Assembly (NCBI RefSeq): GCF_006345805.1
Contig: NC_043001.1
Span: forward strand, 45,756,001-45,820,000
Reading direction: 5' to 3'
Length of the DNA stretch: 64,000 bases
From: Octopus sinensis
Lineage: Eukaryota
Under the pieces are notes generated by a model. That model was given only the letters and a program-made list of their open reading frames with translations, made no database searches and had not been told where the DNA came from. Of this stretch, positions 12,801 to 24,800 are shown piece after piece. The translations under genes and the position numbers were made by a program. Positions within the stretch are counted from its first letter, which is position 1, and each line of letters begins with the position of its first letter.

Positions 12801-15800
12801 ACAGACAACTCAGCCAATGTTTGTAAATCTGGATTTTCATCACAATCTGTTTCCATTCGTTCTGGTAGCTTGGTTGCAAAGAATGGGGTTGCTATAGGAA
12901 ATGGATTGCTGCGGTTGTTTGTAGTGCCTAACCCCAACTGACCACTTCCACCAAGTCCAAAAGCATACAGTTTACTACTCGTTGATGCATAGGCTAATGT
13001 ATGATTCCTGTCAAAAGAAATAACAAAAACAAAATTGTACCAATACATATACATACACACACACACACAGCCACACTCTTGTGGAGCATGAACTTTTCTT
13101 TTAAACACGCATTGAAAACACAACTGTGCTTCAGGTTTATCTTCTAGTAAAGATTTTTCATATTCTCTTAGTCCTTTCTTTGAACAATAGATCCATCAAC
13201 ACAACCAGAAATTCCCTATCTTATATTTTGGATAAAATGATTTTTGTAACTGTTTTTATAGTCATTGTTATAGAGGTAAGAATTAGGAGAACTATTATGT
13301 TTGTTCTCAACAACATGAGTAGTATTGGCCTGTGGTACTGAAAGCTAAGAGGATTTTGCTCATTGAAAGCTGAATGTCTTGGCCTTGGATATGATACAAT
13401 ATGGTTGGCAGAATAAACTGCAGACCTTTCAGCTGGCTAGTTTACTACATACAATATTAAAACTATCCATCATCTTTATAATGAACTAGCAGTAAAACCC
13501 GTTGTTGACTGGGTAATTACTTTTACTGTTTATCAGGAGCCACATTGAAAGTATTATTATATGTATAATTTACTCCAACCGTATGTATGTATTTTTAGAA
13601 GAGAAAACCATACAATAATTGAAGTAGAAGAAAGATCAATATCATACTTGAACTTGTGTTTGTTTATTATATGACAATAATAAGTGAGTGTTATGTGTTA
13701 TTTTATTTATCTATACAGTAATGGCAATGATATAATATTTTTATAAGAGAAAAACATGTAATAATTGAAGTAGAAAAAAGATCATTTTTATACATGAAGT
13801 TCTGTTTGTTTATTACATGAAAATAGTTGAGCTGATTGATATCTTAAAAGTCTTGATCTCATATTTGTTCAAAGTTGAAGTGTTTTCACATGATGCCATA
13901 ATACAGAAGACTTTATTGAAGCATTGAGCTCATCCACTTTTATTCCTCTTGGAACAACTGGCAGTGTTTGTCGGAAGTCTCGTGACAATAATACTGTTAC
14001 ATTTCCCATCATTGGAATTGCAATTTCTAATGTCTTGTAATGTTCCGTCAACAGCTTCAAAAGCTATTTTGTGGGCCATGGTACATTCGTCCCAGACAGT
14101 TAAGTGACATCTTTGTATTAGTTCACCCATTGCAGAATTTTTAGATATATTACAAACTGCATCTTGTTTGTTAGATAAACCTAAAGGTAACTGGAATGTT
14201 GAATGGGCAGTCCTACCTCTGGGTAGTAAGGTTGCTGCAATCCCAGAAGTAGCAGTAGCTAAAGCTATTTTCTTTTCGTCATGAACTTTAGCCAGGAGGA
14301 GTTAATTATAAATGTTTTCCCAGTATCTCCTGGAGCATCTAAGAAATAAAGTCCTCCTCTGTTACTGTTAATACTTTCTAGGACAGTGGAATATGCACGA
14401 TGTTGATCAGGTGGAAGATTGGAAAAATTATCATTTATGTATATGGTTGGTTCATCCTTATCATAGGAAATTTCTCTCATTATTTCAGTGGACAGAGTGT
14501 TAAGATCCCCTCTATTAGTTAGTGGGAGATCTAAATTTTGTATAGGTTCATCTCCCATGGAAATAATTTGATCTTCTATTTCAATCAAAGCTACATTGTA
14601 TATAGCATCAGTGACACCAATATCTTGCACAGGATTATTGAACTGAAGTTGGTGCTTAAAATCTTCAGCAAGATCATTTCTGAACATATTCCACAGTTGA
14701 ACAAATTTTAAGAATAACAACAAAGAGGAACAATTTTTGAGAATAATAGCAAAAAGACATCTTAAAGTCTTAGGTGTTTTTTGATATGAAGCTTCTTCTA
14801 ATGTAGCTTCCCATTGCTGATCATTTGCAAGTAAACCTAACTTGAAACATGCTTCTCAATATGTTCTGCAAATCTCACCAACTTATTTCAAACTTTCCCA
14901 TGAAGTTGGTCCTCTTTTTACATGAAAAAAGCATTCTGAGATAAAAACATTCATTTTGGTTAGGATGTAGAGTATATAATCTACCAATTGTTGTTCCAAT
15001 CATATCAGAATGACCTAGAACCTTTGTGCCTATTTTGCGTTTGTTCCATATATTATTATGCCATGTGTAATAAGAAAGAGGGAGAAAGGAAGAGCGAGAG
15101 AGAAAGAAAGAGAGGGAAAATAGATAGAGAAGAAAATCATAGAGTTGGTGTCTGGTTTAGTTTCACTTTGCAGGACAAACAGAGATAAAATCTCTTTGAA
15201 GTAGCATGGCAGAGTTTTAGTTTCACTTTGCAGGACAAACAGAGATAAAATCATTTTGAAGTAGCATGGCAGAGTTATAGTTTCACTTTGCAGGACAAAC
15301 AGAGACAAAATCACTGAAGTAGCATGGTAGAGAGACAGACAGAGAATATAGAGGAGACATAGAAAGAAAATCATAGAGAGGTAGTGTCTGATTTTAGGTT
15401 CACTTTGTGGGACAAACAAACAGAATCTTTCTTTTATATATATAAATAACAATTCTGTTAAATTCAGAGACAAGTTCAATTTAGATGGAAAGCTCAGTAA
15501 CTGATATGATTGATTCTGAAGGACAGGATGTAAAGGTCACAAATTATAATAACACACATGCATTTACTGTGATGATTAGATTGTTAAGTAGCTTTTATCA
15601 AAAGGTACAATGCTTGCCATCACACATGACTCAGAAGGTCAGAAAGAAAGAATACAGAAACTCATACATTTTGAAACCGGGAAGCATTCCAATACAGCAA
15701 AAAAGCTAGACCCTCAAAGACCAACAAGAAAGAAGATGAAAATGGCATCACCAGAGAAACAAATTTTCTTTTTATGGTTGTTAGTGTTACAGACACGTCT

Positions 15801-18800
15801 TTAAATGAATAATTAGAAAAGGTATGCAGGAGCCAAAGTATAAAAAGATTAACACAGACAAAAGTAATCCTTTTATAAACTACAAAACATGGGACAAATA
15901 TTTCACTGGGTCAGATGCTAAACTAGAAAATGTAGATAACATCAGATAAAAGAATAACAAAGACGACTGAAGCAAAGAAACAATTTTTACCTGCCACATG
16001 CTATCTGTGTAATTGTTGTACCCATTAGTTCCATTACCATTTTTGGCATGATTTCACTGTGTGTGGTGCCATGGCCTAACTGACCATAGCCGCCAGCACC
16101 AAATGTGTAGACACCACCTTCCTGAAAAGAAAATAAGTTAATTAATAATTAATTCAGTTAGTAGTATGTGGGCACAAAGTCACAGGTTTATAAGACAAAA
16201 GGTGAGTAAGGTATTATCACATTAAGTACACTGGAATTAAGGCACAAGGACATTTAGTAAAAGTACAATCAAATAACTACCAATCCTACTGTACTAACAT
16301 CTGAGACAGCAGGTGTAACATACTGGTGTGATGCTATTATTTGGCAGAGATAACTCACCCCAAAGCATTTGCTCTAGACTCTAGTTTCCTCCTGAAATTC
16401 AAACTGGGCATCAACTGCATGAATCCTCCACTTCAGTCATGGGTACTGCGACCCCTCATGACTAAATTCTATCAACAAAATCATTTTATGTCTGTTTTTC
16501 TATTTTGATATGAGTTGGACAAGTCTGTTCAAGCACAGCGTCGCACCACTTTCACAACTTGTCATTATCCATTACATATTGTACAGTCAATTTTTGTTGT
16601 TGAGTATGTAATCTATTTTTGACATAGTGCTTATGGCTGGATAATCTTCCTATCACCAACCACCTTTTATAATGCCAAAAGCACTAGAAAGATGTGTCTT
16701 CCAGGCCCAAAGTGTTCCCCATCTCTGCTCTGTATCAGGTTCTATTCAGGGCTGCTGCTCACCTATAAGGGTTGCCTGCATGCAACTTGCAGAGTTCATA
16801 TCTCCTCTGATGTAGAGGGGTTTATCTAGGAAGAAAAATCACAGTTGCAGTCTAAGACCATTAGGAATAAAATATTTATCTGTTATGTAGATAAAAGGCT
16901 TACAAGGTTAGTCTGAGGTAGCTGGAAGTGAGGCTGTCAGATATGCACATACAATAGGTTCAGCAATCATTCAGCCATTTTCTACATTTTTCACCTTAGT
17001 GACAAGATTTCCACATACAAGAAACATGAGTTGGCCTGTACCATGAAATATATTTGATAACAACAACATAAGATTTTACTCAATATTGTTCTTACAACAT
17101 CAACAAATAATAACAACAAAATAAGAATAGAATCAGCAAGACAAAATGTGAAACAAATTGCAGAGCAAGAAGAATATGAAAATGATGTAGAATAACAATG
17201 GCTAATGACAACAACTACACCATGAAGAGATTTACCTGAGTGAGAGCAGCAGTATGGTTTTCTCCACATGATATATACTTAAGTCTCTGGTACTTGAGAG
17301 GTTTACAAAATGTAGGTGAGCTACGATCTACAACAAATGAATACAACATGTTGATACAAATCAATAAGACATCAAGTAACAAAGAAAAAAATTAAAATAA
17401 CATCAAAATAACTTACCAATTTCATCATTCAAACCCAACTGTCCAAAACTGAAAAGCAAAAAGAAAAAAGGACAATGAAAAATAAAGTTAATGACTGTTA
17501 ATTGTATTTAAGTAGTCTAGGAGAGATAATAAACAAAAGAGTGATGGATATGTTGAAGGGGCTTGAGTAAAGGTATTGTGCAACTAAGAGGTTCAGAGGA
17601 GCAAAGGCCTTTGTAGTTGCAGAGTGAAATGCAAATGGAAGAAACAGTATATCTGTGAGCCTGTAGTTAAATCAGTTGGTAAGTGAAGTTTTACCACTCA
17701 GATGAATGGCCTTCATTTGGATGTAGTTTAAGATATTTGTAAGTGTAACTGTAATACTATCCCATATATGCTCCCAGCCCATCAGGAATCACTGCTGAGA
17801 TGCTTAAAATATATGGCATTGTAGGCTATAGTCTAGTCACCCATATAGTTAATCAGGTGATACATGAAGGAGCCATACCCAATGAGTGGTGTAGCAGCAC
17901 CATAGTCAACTGCTACAAAGGTAAAGGTGACATATTAGATAGAAATAATTACAGAGATATTAAATTTTTAGATCAGGTGATGAAACGAGAGAGTTAGTTT
18001 AGATGAGATGTAGTTTGGGTTTGTACCAGGGAAAAGCATCACTGATGCTATATTTCTGGTAAGACAGCTGCAGGAGAAATTCTTGGCTAAAGATAAACCT
18101 CTGTACTTGGCTTCCATTGACATGGAGAAAGCCTTTGACAGGGTCCCACGATCCCTTATTTGGTGGTCAATGTGGAAACTAGGGATAGGTTGGTGAGAGC
18201 TGTACAAGCCATGTACAGGGATGCTGTCAGTAAGGTGAGGGTTGGCAACGAGCATAGGAAAGAATTTTGGGTAGAACTAGGGGTTCACCAGGGATCAGTC
18301 CTCAGCTCTTTCTTGTTCATCATAGTCCTCCAGGCAATAACAGAGGAATTCAAGAGAGGTTACCCCTGGGAGCTTCTCTATGCTGATGATCTTGCTCTAC
18401 TAGCTGAATCACTACCAGACCTAGAGAAAAAGCTTCAAACGTGGAAGTAAGGTCTAGAACTGAAGGGCCTTAGAGTTAACCTAGCAAAAACCAAAGTCTT
18501 AGTAAGTAGGGAGGCGGACAAATCACAAATCCTTCAGGTAGATGGCCCAATTTGAAGAAAAAGCATAGATAGAAACTCTATAAGATGTACCTGGTGTAAG
18601 CTATGAACACATAAGAGGTGCAGCAATATCAAAGGAATATCTGGGAAGATAGGTTTTGTGTGTGGCAGATGCACAGGTGCAATAAACACCGAAGATGTAC
18701 AGAAAACAGATTCCATCACATGCCAAGAGGGAAAACTAGAAGTAATTGATAGCTTCCGTTACCTAAGTGACCAAGTCAGTAGCAGGGAGTGGATGCTCCG

Positions 18801-21800
18801 TAAGTGTAGCTGATAGAATAAGAATAGCCATAAGAGAGCTGCCACCTTTGTTGGTAACAAAGGGCCTCTCACTGAGAGTGAAAGGTGTGCGAACTGCCAT
18901 GCTATACGGGAGTGAAACATGGGCTGTGACTGCTGAGGATATGCATAGTCTTGAAAGAAATGAAGCTAGTATACTCTGCTGGATGTGTAATGTCAGTGTG
19001 CATACATGACCGAGTGTAAGCGCCCTGAAAGAAAAGTTGTTGATAAGCATCAGATATGGTGTGCAGGGGAGACGACTGTGCTGGTATGGTCATGTGTTGT
19101 GTATGGGTGAGGACAGCTGTGTGAAGTGTCACACCCTAACAGTGGAGGGAACCTGTGGAAGAGGTAGACCCAGGAAAACATGGGATGAGGTGGTGAAGCA
19201 TGACCTTCGAATGTTGGGCCTCATAGAGGGAATGACAAGCAACCGAGACTTTTGGAGATATGTTGTGCTTGAGAAGACCTGGCAAGCCAAGTGACCTCGT
19301 AGTTATGGCCGATGCCAGGGTTGCATAACTGGCCATTTAAAAGCACCTTTCAATTGTTTGGCAATATGTTGTGCCTGTGAAGGCCTGTTGAACCGAGGGA
19401 AATTGTAGCCATGGCCAATGCCAGTGCCACCAGACTGGCACCTGTGCAGGTGGCATGTAAAAAGCACCATTCAAGCATGGCTGATGCTAGTGCTGCTTGC
19501 TGGTAGTACATAAAAATCACCATTTGAGCGTGACCAATGCCAGTACTGATTGGTTCCTGTGCCGGTGGCATGTAAAAAGTACCCACTACACTCTCAGAGT
19601 GGTTGGTGTTAGGAAGAGCATCCAGCTGTAGAAACCATGCCAAATCAGATTGGAGCCTGGTGCAGCTTTCCAGCATGCCAGTCCTCAGTCAAACCATCCA
19701 ACCCATGCCAGCATGGAAAGTGGACATTAAATGATGATGATGATATGAGAGGGTGCTGATAAGTTCCTGGCTTTAAGGGTATCACAAAAAGCCTGGTTGG
19801 AGGCCCAACTGTCTGAGTTATTTTACAGGGCTTAGAAAAACTGAAGGATCACTACAATAATCGTGGATCTGAGAAGAGAATATGTTGAATAGAACCATAA
19901 TTAACTGATCCTCCTGTATTTTCTTTTACCCAAAATCAGGAACTTTTCAGTACACCCTTGTATATGTGAGCAGTATGTAGGGGATCAGCAACTAATCAAA
20001 GCTGAAGTACTTTCTAGTTCTGGAGGAAGAGGCTACACTTTAGGATACAATCTTAGTTATGTTATTATATATGTGGGATTACAAATAATAAAAAAAAAAA
20101 AGATCATAGACTATGTGTGTGTGTCTAACAGTTGTAATGGTTTTGTGCACATATATGTGTAAGTACATTGTGTATTAGTTTTCTTTAGTCAAAAACTGCT
20201 ACAGAAAATAAAATAAACTTTTTTTGAAAATTCATGAATACAAATGGGCTAGAAAAATAAAACACTAGCAGCACAACTCACCTGTTTCTTCCCCACCCAA
20301 AGATTGCTCCTGATTTTGACATAATAAAACTATGGTAATCACCTGCAGCAATTTGAGCCACAGGTATTCCACGTAGACATATTAAATGCCGCGGTCTATC
20401 ACATTGTTCCGAGTTCATTCCCACGCCTAGTTGTCCGTGATTATTGGCTCCCCAACACCAAACATCTCCAACTTTACAGAAAAGAGAAATAAAACAAAAG
20501 AAACTTTAAATCATGTATTTTAATATGTTAGTTGTTAATTAACTGGTAAGAATTTAATGTAAATTGTATTATTAGTCATTTTAAGCAAACTAACTATAGA
20601 CCTTGCAAGGATAAATACTACAGTTAAACTGGCAAAAGCTCAATATAGCACCTAACTTGATATTGAATAACAAGCATGCTGTAATATATTTTACAGACTC
20701 TTGTAAAAATGTTTAAGTCAAATGAAAAGTGATTTTAGCACCTTTAGTAGAAAATTCTTCACTCGATAAAGTAGTCACTTCACAAACAACACGTGGTTTT
20801 AGTATTGTCGGCTGTTTCTCTTGTTTCAAGTTAGAGTTATAATGTCCATATATGATTAGTCTTTGATTAAAACTTATTTAAACGCAATATTAAATTGGTG
20901 CTCTTTTATTTGACACTACACAGGGCAGTATCAGATAGTAGTTGTAGATTAAATTTTTGCAGTTCAAAACTTAAGAAAAAAGAAGCTAAACTAATTTTTG
21001 TCACACACCAAGTGGTGCAAAAGGTAGGGTCAAAAGTTGAATAATGGACAACAATTGGAGTAGGAGGAAAAATTCAACCAAGTTTAAACCTTTGGCATTT
21101 ATGTAATGCTTATTTGTTCACATAGCTATAAATTAATTATGCATTGTATTGTAACTTCAAGATTTCAATGATGTGATAGTTTATTTTTAGAATGACATGG
21201 TAAGAAAGGTGCGAGAGGCTGGATCTGGCTAGTTTGAACATAAAACTGGTAGAACATTTGGGCCAGGCATGGCTGGTTTGAATGCTAGAGGGTTAATTTA
21301 GCAAAGGAATGTTGAGTCAAAGGTAAAAGAAGGTGAATCACATAGACAAGAGAATTAAATCTGGTCAATTTCTTAAGAAATGTTTCCCTACATGAGATGA
21401 AAAATACATTAGGGCTGAGTGTGAGTGTATGTAAACAAATTCCAAAATGGTAATATCAAATTTGAAAACATGGGCTTTTCTATCCTCTTACATTATTTAC
21501 ATTTGATGGATATTTGTCCTCATCTTGTTTGTTGTTAACACGTTTCAGCTGATATACCATCCAGCCTTCATCAGTTTCGAAATTTCTCCAAGACACCTGA
21601 TGAAGGCTGGAAGGTATATCAGCTGAAATGTGTTAACAACAAACAAGATGAGGACAAATATCTGTCAAATGTAAATAATATACATAATTCTTCATCCCTT
21701 AAATATAGAACTATTTTCTATCCTCTGTCCTGAACCACCTAGTTGTAGAGCATAATTATGAGTGTTTTATAACTATAGGCAAAAGACCATCACTTCCCAA

Positions 21801-24800
21801 CTGTGTCTACTTTAACACAACAAACTCATAGCTATAAGTAACTTCACCATTTATTTACTTAGTTTGTCTGTTTGATGTCCAACCCAGTATTTCATATGCA
21901 TCACATGTTTGTAACAGTGGTTTTCTCTTTTGAACTTGAGCACAATAGTTAAGTCCTCTAATGCTCATTTTTTCTCTCTGATCACATGTCTTCAACTGTT
22001 TGTAAACACTGGAATTATATATCTAATGAAGCATGTTTGCTTCAATTCTATTCAGCTTTTGCATATTCTCTATAGTTAACACAGCTGGCCCACAAACATC
22101 ATATAATCAGTCATTTGCCCAAACAGAAAATCTCTGTTGCCAGCAGAAATAGTTTTGTAAAATTTTTTCACCTTGTCTCCACTATTAGACGTTGACAACT
22201 TATACAAGCTTGTTTACATTATTTACATTTGATGGATATTTGCCCTCATCTTTGTTGTTAACACAATGTTTTGGCTGATATACCCTCCAACCTTCATCAG
22301 GTGTCTTGGGAAAATTTTGAACCTGGGTTCTCATTCCTAAGGTAATTTTCGATGTTATTGTTATTATTATTATTATTATTCAGGTCACTACTTGGAATCG
22401 AACTTGGAATCTTGGGGTTAGTAGCCCGCGCTCTTAACCACAACGTCATATGCCCACTAGCATATGGCGTAGTGGTTAAGAGCGTGGGCTACTAACCCCA
22501 AGATTCCAAGTTCGATTCCAAGCAGTGACCCGAATAATAATAATAATAATAATAATATCGAAAAATACCTTAGGAATGTGAACCCAGGTTCAAAATTTTC
22601 CCAAGACACCTGATGAAAGCTGGAGGGTATATCAGCCAAAGTGTTGTGTTAACAACAAACAAGATGAGGATAAATATCCATCAAATGTAAATAATGTACA
22701 TAATTCCTCATCTCTTAAGTACAGAACTGTATCATACAAGTTTACCCTTACACACAGAGTTTTAGATTTTCCTCATCCGCAGTTTTCATCTAATTTCTAT
22801 TGTGGTAGGGATATACGAGTTGCTGTTAACTGAATTAACAGTGTTGGAAAACTGACCAAAGATCCAAATATTTTATGGTTCACATCCTATCCTACAAAGC
22901 TAATAGAAAAGTGTCACCCACTTGCATTAATCAACAGCTTTAATAAAATAAAATTCTTATCAGTGAGTTAGTCAGAGATATGAGTTAGCATTATTTTTAA
23001 ATGCTCATTGTATGCTTACAATGGTGACAGGATAGGGTGAAACTCTGAGATAAGAATTACTGGAACTTCCTGAATAAGAGGAAAGGGTACCAAGTTTAGA
23101 CTGATACAAGAGTTAACAATGGTGACAGAGATAATTCTTTTTTTCATTTTTTTCCTTTCTCCAAAGGTCACTACTTAATGTCACTCAAACTAGGCCGGTG
23201 ACAGTTTCTAGTGCCATGAGATGATAAAATATATCCAGTCCATGGTCTAAAAGTGGTTGGTGACAGAAATGCATCGATCCACAAAATACCTGCTGAAAAC
23301 AGAACAAACAGAGTATGACGTAAATTTTGCAGGAAGCAATGAGGGCAAAAGTAGAGCAGGTTCTTTATATCTACTGCTGACCTCTCTAGGGCTGCACACT
23401 ATAAAGAAACTGATTACCCACATTATAAAGAAACTGATTATTGTAAGGTTGTGATACCCACTGCCCACAAAATAAAGTTTGACATGCCTGTTTTTTTCTA
23501 GCAGATGAAGAAACATGAGAACTGAAGAGGAAAAAAATAAATGGATGTAAAAATCAGAAGAATGAGCAAGAACAGGTGTGGCTGTATGGTAAGAAGCTTG
23601 CTTTCCAACCACATGGTTCTGGGTTCAAATCCCACTATATGGCACCTTGGGCTGAACAAAGCCTTGCAAGTGGATTTGGTAGACGGAAACTTAAAGAAGC
23701 CTGTCGTGTATGTATATATTTATGTGTGTGTCTATATTTGTCCCCTTACCTTCATCCCTGTAATTTACTGGTTCGGCAAAAGAGACCGATAGAATAAGTA
23801 CTAAGCTTACAAAGAATAAGTCCTGGGGTCGAATTCTTCGATTATAAAATCCCTTTAAGGTGATGCTCCAGCATGGCCACAGTCAAATGACTGAAATAAG
23901 TAAAAGAATAACACTTTACAAGTGGCCAGCAAATTAGTTTTGCATTGCTGAATTCAAATTCTACATGTGCTACAAAAAGAGATTATGGATTCACCAGACT
24001 GCTTGGCTGTTAATACAAAGATTTTAAAAAAAGAGAAGAGACTGTAAAGAGTTACTTACTGTCAGTGAGGGCTATACAGTGGTAAGCTCCACAGGTTATT
24101 TGTATCACAGTGTGCAAGGCTAGTTCTTTCACTAATCTGAAATATTAGAACAGACACCATTTCATTTCTCAGTTTCAATCTTTTTGCACTTTTAATTTAC
24201 CACCACCACCTTTCATTGAAATCTGACACAGAATAGATACAAACAGATGTAGTGAATGGAGTGTATGAAGGATGCTGGAAATTATTGTGAGTCAAAGCCA
24301 TTGAAAGCAGATATTTCGAAACCTGCTATCTCTTTTCTATGTGTATGTGTAAATATGTGTTTATCACCATCACAACTTAACATTCCTTTTTCATGAGAGC
24401 AGACATTAGATGGTTAAACAGGAACTCGGAGCCAGAGTACTGTACTGAATCCCAATATCTGCTTTGGCATGGTTTCTACAGCTTGATACAGTTTGAGAGT
24501 GAAAGGCAGACTGTATGATGCCCATGTGCAAACAGCCATACTACATAGCAGTGAAACGTGAGCTGTGACTGCTGAAGACATGTATAGGCTTGTAAGAAAT
24601 GAAGCTAGTAATGTCAGTGTGCATGCACAACAGTGGGAACATCCTGAAAGAAAAGTTGGACACAAGAAGCATCAGATGAGGTGTGCAAGAGAGATGACTG
24701 TGCTGGTATGGTTATGTGATGCGTATGGATGAGGATAGCTGTGTGAAGTGTTGCACTCTAACGGTAGAGGGTACCTGAAGAAGAGGTAGACCCAGGAAGA

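Larger units (their letters stand above)
13486..15446 (-). mobile_element. Internally deleted Helitron (about 1.96 kb) in intron 7, with both termini
   Basis: 3' end on minus strand: hairpin ACCCAGTCAACAACGGGT (13514-13497), then CTAG (13489-13486) followed by T. 5' end: A|TTTATATATATAAAAG (TC decayed to TT) then a TGTTTGTTTGTC tract. Internal Rep/helicase remnants present. Confidence 0.85.

Noticed and set aside
15158-15330. CRISPR-like regular repeat
   Set aside because: Units are contiguous 60-mers without unique spacers, inside a Helitron in a spliced eukaryotic gene.
19725-19743. Box C/D snoRNA-like ATGATGA motifs in introns
   Set aside because: They are the (GAT)n tails of RTE retroposons, repeated at many sites, with no matching D box and terminal stem.
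22455-22535. Functional tRNA genes at 22460, 34346 and 57620-57690
   Set aside because: All are embedded in repeats, have mismatched stems or decayed T-loops and lack oligo-T terminators; treated as SINE-type heads.
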